A DNA stretch of 63,882 nucleotides, taken from Okamejei kenojei (taxonomy: Eukaryota). Made by a program: the position numbers and the translations under genes. The notes beneath the pieces were generated by a model. That model saw only the letters and a list, made by a program, of their open reading frames with translations, searched no databases and was not told the DNA's origin. Positions within the stretch are counted from its first letter, which is position 1; every line of letters starts with the position of its first letter. Positions 24,010 through 38,050 of this stretch are shown here, in pieces. The DNA lies in contig JAVHYY010000154.1 of the NCBI GenBank assembly GCA_035221665.1, positions 310,119-374,000 of the forward strand, in the 5' to 3' direction.

Positions 24010-26030
24010 AGTCATAGAAAGTCATAGTCATAGAGTAACACATTGTGGATACACGCCCTTCGACCCAACTCGCCCACACCGGCCAACAATGTCCCAGCTA
24101 TCCTCGTCCCACTTGCCCGCGCTTAGCCCATAACCCTCCAAACCAGTCCTGTCAATGTACCTGTCCAAATATTTCTTAAACGAAGAGTAGTCCCAGTCTC
24201 AACTACCTCCTCTGGCAGCTTGTTCCATACACCTACCACCCTATGTGTGAAAAGGTTACCCCTCTGATTCCTATTAAATCTTTTCCCCTTCACCTTGAAT
24301 TTATGTCCTCTGGTCCTCGATTACCCTACTCTGCGTAAACTACTTTGTGCACCTACCCGATCTATTCCTCTCATGATTTTGTATACTTCTATAAGACCCC
24401 TCTCATCCTCCTACGCTCCATGGAATAGAGATCCAGCCTACTCAACCTCTCCCTATATCTCACACCCTCTAGTCCTGGCAACATCCTCGTAAATCTTTTC
24501 TGAACCTTTTCAAGCTTCACAATATATTTCCTATAACATGGTGCCCAGAACTGAACACAATATTCTAAACGCGGTCTCACCAACGGCTTATAGAACTGCA
24601 ACATTACCTCCCAGCTTCTATACACAATACTCTGACTGATGAAGGCCAATGTGCCAAAAGCCTTTTTGACCACCCTATCTACCCGTGACTCGACTTTCAT
24701 AGCACTTGTACTCCAAGACCCCTCTGTTCTACGCAACCATTTACTGTATAGGTCCTGCCCGTGTTCGGCGTCCCAAAACGCAACACCTCATATTTCTCTG
24801 TGTTAACTTCCATCACTCATTCCTCCGCCCACCTGGCCAATCGATCCAGATCCCGCTGCATTCGTTCACAACCATCTTCACTATCTGCAAAACCACTAAC
24901 CTTTGTATCATCAGCAAACTTGCTAATCTTGCCCTGCAGGTTCTCATCCAGAAACCGTTTTTTTTAATCTCATAGGGGCTTGTTCAAAGGACACAGAGGA
25001 GGCTTATTCAAAGGACACAAGTGAGAAGAAGAATTAAGCCATCGTCCACTCCGCCATTCACTTATGGCTGAACTATCTCTTCCTCCTAAACCTATCCCCC
25101 TGCCTTCTCCCCATACCAACTGACATCCGTACTAATCAATAATCCATCTACTGCAGCTCTGCCTTAAACATATCCATTGACTTGGCCTTCACAGCCTTTT
25201 GTGGCAAATAATTCCACAGATTCGCCTCCCTTCGACTGAAGATATTCCTGTTCAACTTCTTCCTAAAGGAATGTCCTTTAATTCTGAGACTTAGACCGCT
25301 GGTCCGAAACTCTCCTATCAGTTGACACATATCTCCACATCCACTCTGTCCAAGCCTTTCATAGTTCGGCACGTTTCAATAATGTCCCTCTCCATCCTTC
25401 TAAACGCCAGCGAGTACAGGCTCAGTGCCGTTAAACTCTCACCATATTTGAACCCACTAATTCCTGGGATCATTCTTGTAAATCTCCCGTGGACCCACTC
25501 CAGAGCCAACACATCCTTCCTCAGGTATGGTGTTCAAAATGTCTCACAATACTGAACATGCGGCCTGACCTGCGCCTTGTCGTGCCTCAGCATCACATCC
25601 CTGTTTTTATATTCGAGCGCTCTTGACATAAATGCTAGCATTGCTTCTTTCCTACCGATTCAACTGCCAGATTAACCTTTTGGGAATCCTGCGCCCTTTG
25701 CACGTCCGAATTCTAGTTTATCTCCCCATTTGGGAAATAGTCCACGCCTTTATTCCTACTCCCAAAATACATGACTCCGCAATCTGCTACACAATATTCC
25801 ATCTGCCACTTCTCTGCCCACTCTCCGAGTCGTTCTGCAGTGTCCCTGCTTTCTCTACTCTACCTGCCCGTCTACCTATTTGCCTATCTTCCGCAAACGT
25901 GGCCACAAATCCTTCAATCCCCTCGTCCAAATTATTAATACACAACCCGAGGAGTAGGGGCTCTTGCACCGACCACTGCGGAACTCCGCTAGTCACTGGC
26001 AACTGATCAGTAAAAGCTCCCTTTGTTGCA
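24010..26030 (-). mobile_element. Two degenerate CR1 RT/3' fragments in tandem
   Basis: ORFs 24389-24736, 25318-25512 and 25787-26038 ([17 protein letters not shown]); GTCATA tail at about 24012. Confidence 0.85.
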
Positions 26031-26734
26031 AAGTACATAAGAGAAAAGCCCTTTAAATCGACCTTGTTGTAGTGAACAAAATAACGAGGGACTTTGGGAA
26101 CGGGAACGCTCGCAGTCGAAATCTACAATTAATAAATGGAATCAGAAAATAGGAGATACATATTGCAAAGTCCATTAGTCATATTTGTCAACGAGTAACA
26201 TAAGTTCTAATTTACCTATTAAAAAGACGATGTGGAGCAGACCAAAACGAGTCATTATTAAACTGCCTGCGATTTTTTCTGGGTCAGAATTGCACCGTGT
26301 GCGAACTGGCCGTCCGACGCGATTGAGCTGAGTTGCTCTCGATGTCAATACCCGAACTGCAGCGGGCTCCGAACCTCAATGCAGTCAGGCGCAGGTGCGG
26401 AATTCAATGACCCACTAACTCACCGACTCATCTCGCTGGTGGTTCAACACCGAACCGCCGGCTACATTGAAACACACGTGACCCATAAAGTCTTCGCGAC
26501 AGCGTAGCCTTCCTGTCTGCCGACTTTAATTGCGATATACTATTAAAGGCTCACGACCATTTCAGAGACACATCGCGACCTTTTGCAGTAACTCACAGCA
26601 CGTTCGCCATATGTGGTGGCTGTTTAAATCTGTGTTTAATCTTAAGGTAGATATGCATCCTTTCGCTTTTTTTGTATGATTATAGCAATTCAAATATCAC
26701 TGTATCTCGGTATACGTGACCAGAACGTACCATT

Positions 26735-26980
26735 GAACATAGAAACATAGAAACATAGAAAATGGGTAGAGGAGTAGGCTATTCGGCCCTTCGAGCCTGC
26801 ACCGCCATTCAATATGATCATGGCTGATCATCCAACTCAGTATCCCGTACCTGCCTTCTCTCCATACCCCCTGATCCCTTTAGCCACAAGGGCCACATCT
26901 AACTCCCTTTTAAATATAGCCAATGAACTGGCCTCAACTTCCTTCTGTGGCAGAGAATTCCAGAGATTCGCCAATCTGTT
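26735..26980 (-). mobile_element. CR1 3' end fragment
   Basis: ATAGAAAC tail; near-identical to 445-640. Confidence 0.85.
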
Positions 26981-27451
26981 TGACAAGTGAACAATTGACA
27001 ATTCGCGATGAACGACAAGCTACTGTCCTGATCATATTTCCTAAAATCTCTTCGAAGCAAGCAAATGCAAGTAGAACGTGTTAGAGTTTTATTTCACAAT
27101 TATGTATTGCACAACTTGAAAAAACCCCACAAACATTGATATTGGACGCACAAAGCTGGAGTAACTTAGTGGTATAGGCAGCATCTAAAGAGAAAAGGAA
27201 TTCTCCAGCATCTGCAGTTTCTTCGTTAACACAAGGAATAGGTCGAGACCCTTCTTCAGACATTCTCTCCCTATCCCTCATCCCACCAAAAAATGATGAT
27301 AAGGTTATAGCAAATAATTAGAAGCTGTTTACAATAACAACATACCTGACAATTACTTGTAATTCACAAATGCACATAATTTAATAGTCTCTAATTTTGT
27401 CGTTTCATAGCACTATTATTGAATGCAAGACACGCATTTAAATCATTCCCA

Positions 27452-29902
27452 CTATTTGAACCACTTTCTGACTGCATTGAAGGGATATTTTACCGCACCC
27501 TTCAACTGCTCTCGGAATTTAGTCTGAGTCCCTGCATAAATACACGAATTGGTGCAGGAGCTGAGGATTTCCAGCATGTATCCGCTTTCTTGAAGGATAA
27601 ACCTTGGGTCATTTGCATTGGAACCGTCCGCATAGTCATTGGGCGTAAATTGTACAAATAGAAAATTTGCGATATATGTAATTCGCAAGAAGATAAAAGT
27701 ACCCGAGATTGCCAAAAGTAAAATGATGGATTTCCTTCTGCTTTCCATCTCAGGGTCACTCTGTTTATCTCCATTGCTCTGAGCTCGGAGCCTCTTGCGG
27801 GCTCTACTGGCCGCGAGAATGTACTTGATCGTCGCAATATTGAACACCAGAATTAGAAGGAACGGCACACATGGGTTGAGCATACGGTGGAGCCATTCGT
27901 AGAACCTCCATGACACAGAAGTATAATAGATTTCTTTAATGGTGCAGTACCATGGCACTTTATTAATGACGTACATGGGTTTATATTCAAAATAAAATGG
28001 GATATTCTTGAAACAGACCAGCACACAAATTGTTCCAATAACGACGGCCGCGACTTTCTCGGTGCAATATCTCAGTTTCAGCTTTTGACAGCAAATGGCG
28101 ACGAACCGATCGAAGGTGAATGCGACCGTTAACCAGGCGGAAGAGTCCTTGGAAACCCAGCTGAATGCAATGACGAGATTGCAGTACGGGAGAGTGGACA
28201 GGAAACTAACCGGGAGGTAAATAGGCCGAAGCCGGCTCAATATCACAGCGGTGACAATGGCCAGGAAATCCGTCGCCGCCATGAACACCAGGTAGCGAGT
28301 GATGCACTTCGAGAGGCCACATCTTCCTTGAGAAAGAATCAGAATGGTCACCATGTTCGCTGTTGGAGAAGAGTTAGAGATGGGGTGATTATTAATCGGG
28401 CTACTGATTAAGTTACTGGTAAATATGATGCGGGAATAAGATTCGTGTTTTTGACAATTTGTTCAGCAATTAAGACCGATCGTTTTATCGATGGATACTT
28501 TTTCGCACAGAAGCACGGTTCTCCCAAACACGCCGTGATCACATTTTAATGTAGAGATATATGGATCGTGGAAACGGGCTTTTTGGTCCAACGAGTCCTC
28601 ACTCACCAACGTCCAGATGGCGCAGCGGGGTTCAATCCTGACTACGCGTGCTGTGTGTACGGAGTTTGTCCATTCGCCCCGTGACCGCGTGGGGCTTCTC
28701 AGTGTGCTCCGGTTTCCTCTCACAATCCAAAACGTACAGGTTTGTAGGTTAATTGGCTCCAGTAAAAAATGTAAATTGTCCCCAGTGTGTCCCGCGTGTG
28801 TACGATAATACTCGTGTGCGGGGATCGCTGGTCGGCGCGGACTCGGTAGGTCGAAGGGTATTTTTCCGTGCTGTCTCTAAAACTAAAACTAAAAACTAGT
28901 GGATTACCCAACTACACACATCCAGCGGTAATGGTGATATCAACACTTCGCAGATTTTATACTCCTCTACGCACAAGGGGCAATTTACAATGGTACATTA
29001 ACGAACCAGTCTGCGTGTGGGTGAGATGAAACGGGAGCACCCAAACAACACAACACGTACTCAAGGAAACCGTTCAAACTCCACACAGATAGCGCTCGAG
29101 GTTAGGATTGGTGTCTCTGGTGCTGAGAGGTGTGGCTTTATAAATTACGCGACGACAGATCAAATTTCCCATTTGTTTGCATGCACAGCGATTATAGCAG
29201 ACGAAAGCGCTAAATAAACTTCTCATATTGAAGTAACACAATATTGCGTAAGTGAGTAACAGCGCATATTATTATGAGAAATAGACGAGAAAAGACAATA
29301 AGACAATAATAAAACACGATGAGCCGTAAGGATACAATGATTGTCGAACGACCAGGAACGATGGCACTGAAAGAGCGAGACATGGCCATGGGCATTGATA
29401 CACGTGTCTTGTCAGCAAAAAACGATTAAAGGGCGTTAGACATTTGGTTTCAGTGATTCCTGTAACCGAGGGATTTGCAGCTGGCAGCAAGGTCAGCAAA
29501 TTGTTGCTGCCAGCTGCACATCAAGGGATACCCAACGATGCCACGTTTCGTTTGCATGCCTTGTTTCTGGAAAGACTGTTGGTTTTGACTAAATCGTATT
29601 AAACTACTAGACGAACCCAACCGGACAGGTAGCATCTGTGGAAGGAAATAGACCAATTACATTTATTCTTTTCACGAAGATATCACAACGAAAAAACATT
29701 CTGGAGTAGCGGCATTGGTTAACAATTCCGATGCCTGAAAAAAGAAAACTAAAAATCTCGATTACCAAGCAATGCGGAATGCGGAATGGCCAAACATTGT
29801 AAGCGCGCCTGTTCATCTACCGTAAACATTACCTGGAACACCAAAAACCGCAAGAATAGTATAATAAATAGCAAAGACCGGACCGTTTCCAGGCGCGTGC
29901 AT
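27452..29902 (-). CDS. GPR139/GPR142-like class A GPCR, copy 2 (exon 1 29902-29833, exon 2 28359-27452), intact, 325 aa
   Basis: Exon 1 MHAPGNGPVFAIYYTILAVFGVP(A)|GTAATG; acceptor ccaacAG|CG; 7TM with AATD, TFDRF, W4.50-less TM4, ECL2 Cys and NSCIY. The intron position in TM1 (GVP|ANxxT) matches GPR139. Confidence 0.9.
28615..29150. mobile_element. Two V-SINEs tail-to-tail in the GPCR copy 2 intron (+ 28615-28895; - about 28900-29150)
   Basis: V-domain GGAGTTTG...GTGACCGCGTGGG...CTCCGGTTTCCT; (CTAAAA)n tail. Confidence 0.7.
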
Positions 29903-30879
29903 TTTCCGTCACGTCGTTGACCTATTCAGGTGTAGGTTCTGAAGTAAGCGTGGCCACGGTTGCAGTTATACCCGGCGTTAACCTCTGGAGCGCCAATTAG
30001 CTTGCGACATCGCTGTTGTTATTTCGAGTGTTCAGAACAAACAAATTAATGCAGTCACTTTCATGCAATTTTAATTGATCGCGTAGGATGCATTGAAAGT
30101 GCTGACGTTTTCTTTGGATGACATAGAAGTCATAACCTTTTTGCTTTTTGCAATATAGACTGGACCGGTCAACTGATTTAAGTTGAAAATTCACTAAATC
30201 GTAACTAACCAGTTTGTTGACTGGATAAAATTTCAAAGCCCTTCGATTACGTGGAAGTACTTATGGGCAGCAAGAACGTTGGTAATACATTGGCCGAAGG
30301 ATAGCAAAATTGTTATTTTTTGCAGAGGTTTTGCAGTCGAGCTACGCGACAATGGGAACTTCAGTCACAGAACCATACATTGCATTTGGGAGTGCAGATC
30401 ATAAATTTAAAATGCGTAGACGCCACACATTCTGGTACTTCTCCCCTTTATATCGAAGAGGATATAAATAGAATTCGATGAAATGGGAAGAGAATTCGAT
30501 GAAAGATTGTCAGCTTGATAGACTGGATGATATATAACGCTGAGAGCGGTGCATTCGGGACGAATGAGCAAAGGCCACAGATTTAAATGACAAGAACAAT
30601 GTTAGATGCACATTTGATGTTTGTGTGCACTCTTCCATGAAAGTGGAGATCGGGATAAAATGGCTTGGGCAACTGATTTATAGAATACGTGACCAGCAGT
30701 TCAATTATTCATTCAAGGTTGAGCTAGAAATTAATTGCCGCCCCCAATTGTCCCACTGAAGAGGTGGTGAATTGCAGTTTTGAACCGCTGGACACCTTGA
30801 AATGTGCGTCTACAATGCAACAGAAGAGGAATGCCAGGAATTCGCTCCAGCGACTTTGAAGGATCGGCGATATAGTTCA

Positions 30880-31170
30880 GTTTGGTTTAGACACATAGCA
30901 TGGAAGGTGGCCGTTCAGCCCACCGAGTCCACGCTGACCATCGATCAGCCGTTCACACACTCGTTCTATGTTATCGCACTTCATCCATTCGCTGGGGCAA
31001 TTCACAGAGGCCAACTAACTAACCTACAAACCCGCACGTCTTTGGGACATGGCAGGAAACCGGAGTACCTGGAGGAAACCCAAGCAATCCGATCGTGGAG
31101 AACGTGCAAACGTCTAACACGCAGCACCTGAGGTCACGCTTGAACGCGGGTATCTGGCGCTGTGAGACAC
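30880..31170 (-). mobile_element. V-SINE, inserted in a degenerate LINE remnant (about 30730-31460)
   Basis: Reverse V-domain GTCTTTGGG...GGAAACCGGAGTACCTGGAGGAAACCCA...GGAGAACGTGCAAAC. Confidence 0.7.
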
Positions 31171-32049
31171 CAGATCCACAGGGTCTGGTTTGCCTTTGGA
31201 GGGCGGGGTAACGGTAAAGGTAACGCATTTGCTGCCTTTCATATTGGTGGTAGTGGGGTTTGTTGTCCGAGGAGTCCTACTGACTTGTTGCCATGCATCC
31301 TGTAGGTGATACTACTGTTGTAACTGTGCTAAATTGAGCGAGTGAGTACAGACGTGATGCTCAGAAACCGGGCTAATATGTCCTGTATGGCATCGCGTTT
31401 TGAGAGCACTATGGAATCAGCGTTCATGCAGATGAATGGAATGTATTCTGTTGCACTCTTGTTTAATAACGAAACACACTGTTTTGTTGGATTCTATATA
31501 ACTTAGCTTTTTAGTCCCTATTCCTGCACGCTCGTAGATCTCCTTCCCAAAATATTTCGGGATCTCTGAAATCCTTCAGATTTGGCATCAATTTCAGTTG
31601 TTATAGGTTGTCGTTCATATATTCCAGTCATAGTTATAGAGGAATTCAGCACAGCATATTGGCCGTACCGTGGATCGTCCAATGAATGAAATCAAGCTTT
31701 CGCATTGCTCTGTATTCCTCTGCTTCTTTTCTATCCAAGCGCATGTCAAAATGCCTTTTAAATGTTCTAATTTTACCTGATTCGCCATCTCCTCCCTGTT
31801 CCATACATTTATAACCCTCTGTGTGGACAAACTTGCCCCTTGGATCTTCTTTAAATTTAGTAGATGATCAGCCATGATCACATTGAATGGCGGTGCTGGC
31901 TCGAAGGGCCGAATGGCCTACTCCTTCGTCTATTGTCTGTTGTGTATTGTCTATTGTCTATTTCTCTCCTCGCACTTTAACCCATGCTATCCAGATGTAG
32001 ACTCCCCTACACTGGGATAAAATATTCTCAATATCTTCCATATCTGGGT

Positions 32050-33160
32050 CTGAACTGGGTCTCTGCGCATCCCTCTGTAATTGGATCCTCGACTTTCTCA
32101 TTCACAGACCACAGTCTGTTCGTATTCTTACAGTCTGAAATGTGTCATATATAACATATACCTCGATAACAATCAACACGGCACCACCTCAAGGCTGCGT
32201 GCTCAGCACCCTGCTGCACCCACTCTATACTCATGACTGCGTAGCCGGTCACAGTGCGAACTCCATCATCAAGTTCGCTGACGACACCACTGTTGTGGGA
32301 CGTATGACTGATGGGGATGAGTCAGAGTATAGAAGAGAGATCGAGCAACTGTCCATATGGTGCCAGCACAATAACCTGGCCCTCAACACCAGCAAAACCA
32401 AGGGACTGATTGTGGACTTTGGAAGGAGTAGAATGGGGGCCCACAGTCCCGTTTATATCAACGGGTCGATGGTTGAAAGGGTCAAGAGCTTCAAATTCCT
32501 GGGCGTGCACATCTCTGAAGATCTTTCCTGGTCCGAGAACACGAATGCAATTATCAAGAAAGCACATCATCGTCTCTACTTCCTGAGAAGATTAAGGAGA
32601 GTCGGTTTGTCAAGGAGGACCCTCGCTAACGTTTACAGGTGCACAGTAGAGAGCATGCTGACCGGTTGCATCGCGGCTTGGTTCAGCAACTTTAGGACCT
32701 GGAGAGGAAAAGACTACAAAAAGTAGTAAGCACTGCCCAGTCCATCATCGGCTCTAACCTTCCTTCCATCGAGGGGATTTATCGTAGTCGCTGCCTCAAA
32801 AAGGCTGACAGTATCATCAAGGACCCACACCATCCTGGCCACACACTCATCTCTCTGCTACCTTCAGGTAGAAGGTACAGGAGCCTGAAGACTGCAACGA
32901 CCAGGTTCAGGAATAGCTACTTCCCCACAGCCGTCAACTATTAAACCTGGCTCGGACAAAACTCTGATTATTAATAACCCATTATCTGTTAATTGCACTT
33001 CATCAGTTTATTTATTCATGTGTATGTAATTATATTATGGTGTACGGACACACTGATCTGTTTTTAGTAAATGCCTACTATGTTCTGTATGCTGAAGCAA
33101 AGCAATAATTTCATTGTCCTATCAGGGACACATGGCAATAAACTCACTTGACTAGACTTG
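32050..33160 (+). mobile_element. Rex1/Babar-clade LINE, 5'-truncated
   Basis: ORF 32142: APPQGCVLSTLL..KFADDTT..LALNTSKTK..FKFLGVHI..RLYFLRRL; 3' end GGCAATAAA(CTTGA)n. Confidence 0.85.
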
Positions 33161-34109
33161 ATCTATGTTCTTCACAGTTTTATAAACCTCAATCAGTTCA
33201 ATTCTCTGGAGTTTACGTTTCAGCTGCAACAATCCCAGCGTTACCAATATAGTCATATTTATAGTCTTCCAACCCAGGTGAAATTCCAGTGAAATACTTC
33301 TGAGCACTTTCAAATGCCATCGCGCCCTTTTTATTGCCAGGTTTTAGCTGCCATGAAGCCGAGTCTTGGCTCCCCGCCTAACCCTGCCCTAGCGTCGAAG
33401 ACAAACCGCCCAGCCCACATCTTCTGAATCAATGAAAAACAAACTACGTGTGATGGTGCACCCGTGAGAAACATAGAAACATTGGACTTTTGCGCCGCGG
33501 TAGACGCTGGATATATTGTTCGAACGGCAATGCATATTATTGATCGGACAGTTTATTCAAATATCAAAAAATAGCAAAATGTCTTGGAATCAATGTATGC
33601 TTGCAAAAATCTCGGCCTCTCTGCCTAATACGCGACTTTGCAGTTGTCAACCAGGGTCCCACAGTTCACACCGAGACGCTGTGACTGATAGAGAGCGTAG
33701 GTTCGCTCAGTCCTGGAATATGAAGGCGTTAAACCTCTCTTCTCTGCCTGCAGATGATCCTTATCCTTCCATTTCATGCATATTCATGAGCCTTTCCAAA
33801 CTCCTCTCCAATGCCACTGTCGTAACTGATATTACGACCACCCCTTTCATGGCGTTCCAGGTACCTACCACAGGCTGTGTTAAGATAAGCTGCTCAGCAC
33901 TTCTGCCTTAAACATTGCTCCTTTCTAATTAACGCTTTGCCATCTAGATGTTGGCATTCTGCCGCTCCGTTCCATTTATGCCCTTAATCATTGTATGTAA
34001 CCCTATCAGGTCTGCCCTCGACCTCCGATGCTCCAGAGAAAGCAAACTAAATTGGTTTAACCTATTCTTGTTCCATTTCGTCCAGTACGATACGTAACGA
34101 TGCGAGATA

Positions 34110-34610
34110 ACTTCATTTATCCCAGGAGGGAACTTGATCTGAAACAGTCTTAAAAACACAAAATAAACGAAAATTACATTAAATTTGCAAGTGGAAAGGG
34201 CTGAGGGTGTGAAAAGATTAGGGGTGGGGGGTCGACGACAGTCTACCCCACGACTGAAGGGTAGGACGGTAGGTTGTACAGTTTGATAGCCTCAGGGAAG
34301 AAGGATTTCATGTGACGTTCTGGCCTGCCATTTGCTGAAGATACTCCTCAGGTTGACCAGTATGTCATGGAGGTGGTGAGCTGATTTGTCCAGGATGCAC
34401 CGCGGTTTTAGGAGCATCCTTCCCTCCAAGACCACCTCCCTTGTTCCAACTCCGCTCCAAGGACGGAGCCATCCTTCCTGGTGAGTTTTTATTTCCTATT
34501 TGCCTCCGCGGCCGCCGCCTTGCTGCCCCAGCACATGGCTGCGAAGAAGTTGGGACTGGCTACGATCGACTGGCCCAACATCTGGAGCCTTCTCATAACG
34601 TACAGCCGGG
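34110..34610 (-). mobile_element. Degenerate Rex1-type LINE 3' remnant
   Basis: Reverse strand reads ILDKSAHHLHD...SFFPEAIKLYN-like. Confidence 0.5.
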
Positions 34611-35564
34611 TCTGTTCCTTCTTGTACAGCGCCCTTCTATTTTAAACGAGAAAGCATTCTGATAATCCTCTTCTGCACACTGTCGAAAAAAACTCCACAA
34701 CTTTCCTGTAAGTGGGCTACGAGAATTCCAAACAATACTCCATATGCGGACAAACCAAAGTACTAAAAAAGCCGCAACAAGATTTCCTGATTCTTATACT
34801 CACTGCCGTTGACGGTAAGCAACCTGTGTCCATTATTTTTAGTTCTCTTTATTGGATCCAACGCGAGGACGAGGATGTTTCGAGCACTTCATTGTTTTTA
34901 ATTTTAGATTTAGAGCATGTGCATTGCGGTTTCGATTATTGCAGTAACTCTTCGAGCATGCACCTGCCAGCTTTAATGCATGTTTCATGAAATCACTGTT
35001 GCATTGGGAAAGAAAAACAGCGCGTAGTACCATGATTCTACCAGAATGTTGCTGGTTTTCGTTTTGCATTGGGCCAATAGGCAAATGTCGATAGCTTTAA
35101 CTAAAGCGCCACTGTCTATTCTCCGTTGATCATGTTACAATATTTACAACAAATTGAAGAAACAGAGATGCCAGACAACTCCACGGTTGCAGGAGATGAC
35201 AGAGATCGAGTATTCAAGTGTTGTCGCTCATTTCATAAGTGAATTAACATTTCGTAAGTGAATTGTTTCAGAACACACTAAATACATGTTAACATGAACA
35301 TGAACCGCAGTGACTCGTCAACATTCCTCACTGTGATGGAGAGCGAAAACAAGTTCAATCTCTCCCTTCTTGTCCTGCAGCGGTCGGGGGCCCCTAACCT
35401 TCCGTTGATCTTACCTCGTAGCCGGCGGCGGGCCTTCCTCATTGGGGCGATCAAGCTCCTGCATCGGGGGGGGGGGGGGGGATCTCAGCTCCCACGTGCC
35501 GGCGATCTGCCCAGACCTGGGGGTTTCCCGCCCAGCCCCCACATAAAACAAACCAGGGTACATT

Positions 35565-35567
35565 AAC

Positions 35568-35608
<41 letters not shown>

Positions 35609-37075
35609 GACTAGGTTCATTGGCCAAGTGTTCACGTACAAGGAATTTGCCTAGGTGCTCCGCCCACAAGTAACAAAAATGACATACAGTGACTGTTACG
35701 AATGACTCAGAAAACATTAATAATAATGAGACATCAATGATAAAACACCATTGATCAAGCATGTGAACCGATAAAATACCAGATAAAAGGGAGGCTACAG
35801 ATGTGTGGCTGTTGAGTAGAACAACTACTCGTGGATAAAAACTGTTTTTAAGTCTGGCTATGGCAGATTTGGCAATCCGGAGTCGCCTTCCAGAGGGAAG
35901 TGATTCAAAGAGTTTGTGGTCAGAGTGAGAGGGGTCAGAGATGATCCTGACCCTTGCAGTGTACAGTTCATCAATGGAGGGAAGGTTGCAACCAATAATC
36001 TTCTCTGCTGATCGGACGATTCGCTGCAGCCTCCAGGTGACGTGCATAGTGGCTGAGCCAAACCAGACTATGATGGAGAAGGTGAGAGCATGAACGTGTA
36101 GAATTGGACCATCATTGCCTGTGGCAGATTGTGCTTACTCGACTGCCGCAGGAAGTACATCCTCTGTTGTGCCTTTTTGACTGTGGAGTCGATGGTAACC
36201 TCCCACTTAAGGTCCTTGGAGATGATGGTTCCCAGGAACTTAAACGACTCCACAGATGTGACTGTGGTGTTGTTGATGGTGAGTGAGGTTAGGGAAGGGG
36301 GAGCTCTCCTAAAGTCTACAGTCAATTCCACTGTCTTAAGAGCATTGAGCTCTAGGTTGTTGCTACGGCATCAGGACGCCAGCTGTGACACTTCCTGTCT
36401 GTAGGCAGGTTGCTCCCCATCCTGGATCAGTCCGATTAGGGTTGTGTCATCCGCAAACTTGAGAAGGTTGACAGAGGTGTCTGTGGAGGTGCAGTCGTTG
36501 CTGTGGAGAGAGTAGAGGAGAGGAGAGAGTTTGCAGCCTTGCGGTGCTCCTATGCTAAGTGTTTGTGGGTCAGTGATGTGCTTTCCAGCCTCACATACTG
36601 CTTCCTGTCTGTCAGGAAGTTGGTGACCCACTGACAGGGGGATTCGGGTACAGTCAACTCGGAAGGTTTCGAGTGTAGTAGCTCTGGCACAATGGTGTTG
36701 AATGCAGAGCTAAAATCATCAAACAGGATCCTCGTATAGGTCACCTGGCAGTCTAGGTGCTGTAGGATGACGTGCAGGCCCAGGTTGACTGCATTATTCA
36801 CAGATCTATTGGCCCGATATGCAAACTGCAGAGGGTCCAGCAGGGAGTTTGTTATTTTCTTCAACTTGGCCAACACTAGCCTTTCGAGTGTCTTCGTGAC
36901 TACAGAGGTCAATGCGACAGGCCTGTAGTCATGAAGACAAGTAATCCTTGCCTTTTTGGGTACAGGGACAATAGTGGAGACTTTGAAGCCGGCAGGGACA
37001 GTACATGTTTGCAGAGACTGGTTAGAAATGTCGGTATAGACCGGTGCCAGCTGTTTGGCACAGAGCTTAAGAGTA
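35565..37075 (-). mobile_element. Rex1/Babar-clade LINE fragment with (CTTA)n tail
   Basis: ORFs 36550-37167, 36371-36631, 36068-36331 and 35451-36047 ([38 protein letters not shown]); (TAAG)n at 35568-35607. Confidence 0.9.
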
Positions 37076-38050
37076 GTTAGTGGGCAGATGCATGGCAGAC
37101 GCGGTATAATGTAGATACATGTAAGGTTATCCACTTTGGCGGCAAAAACAGGAAGGCCGATTATCATCTAAATGCTGTCAAGTTGGGAAAAGGGGAGGTA
37201 CAACTGGGTCTGGGGGTCCTTGTGGCAAGAACAAGGAGGCATATTATTATCTCAATGGATTAGGAAAAAGGGAAGTGCAACAAGGCCTGGATTGCCTTGT
37301 ACACCAGTCATTGAAAGTAACAAATCAGGTACAGCAGGCAGTTAAGAAAGCTTATGGCCTGTTGGCCTTCATAACGAGAACATTTGAATATAGGAGTAAA
37401 GAGGTCCTTCCGCAGTTGTACACGGCCTAGAGAGACCACATCCGGAGTATTGTGTGCAGTTTTGGTCTCCTAATTTGGGGAAGGACATCCTTGCTATTGA
37501 GGCAGTGCATCGGTGGTTCACGAGGTTTATCCACGGGATGGCGGGACTGCCATATGATGCAAGTTTGGAAACACTCGGATTGTATTCACTGGAATTTAGA
37601 AAGATGAGAGGGGATCTTATACAAACATAAAATTAAACAAGGACTGGACAATCTAGATGCAGGCTAAATGTTTCCAATGCAGGGAGAGTCCAGAACCAAG
37701 GGCCACAGTCCAAGAATAAAGGGAGGCCATTTAAAATGGAGATGAGAAAAACCGTTTTCACCCAGAGGGTTGTGAATTTGTGGAATTCTCTGCCGCGGAT
37801 GAATTTAAAATACACTTAGGTAGAGATGTAGGAGCTGGCGGAATCAAGGGATATGTGGAGAATGTAGGCACCGGTTAGTGATTGCGAATATTCAATGAAC
37901 GTCGTGGGGGTGGGGGAGTGGGAGGGGCCTCAGAAGTGGAATAGCCTGGGGCCTCTCTACATCTAAATCCGGTTCTGATGGCAGTGTTCGCTCGAAGGGC
38001 TAAATGGCTTCCTCCTGCACCAATTTTCTATGTGTGTATGTGTTATGTTT
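37075..38050 (+). mobile_element. Degenerate CR1 RT/3' fragments
   Basis: Homologous to 51200-52100. Confidence 0.75.

Noticed and set aside
22466-35340. Isolated RSS heptamers (CACAGTG at about 22468 and 32250; CACTGTG at about 35329; CACAATG in GPCR introns)
   Set aside because: No nonamer at 12- or 23-nt spacing, so no evidence that the GPCR genes or D/J segments are RSS-flanked.
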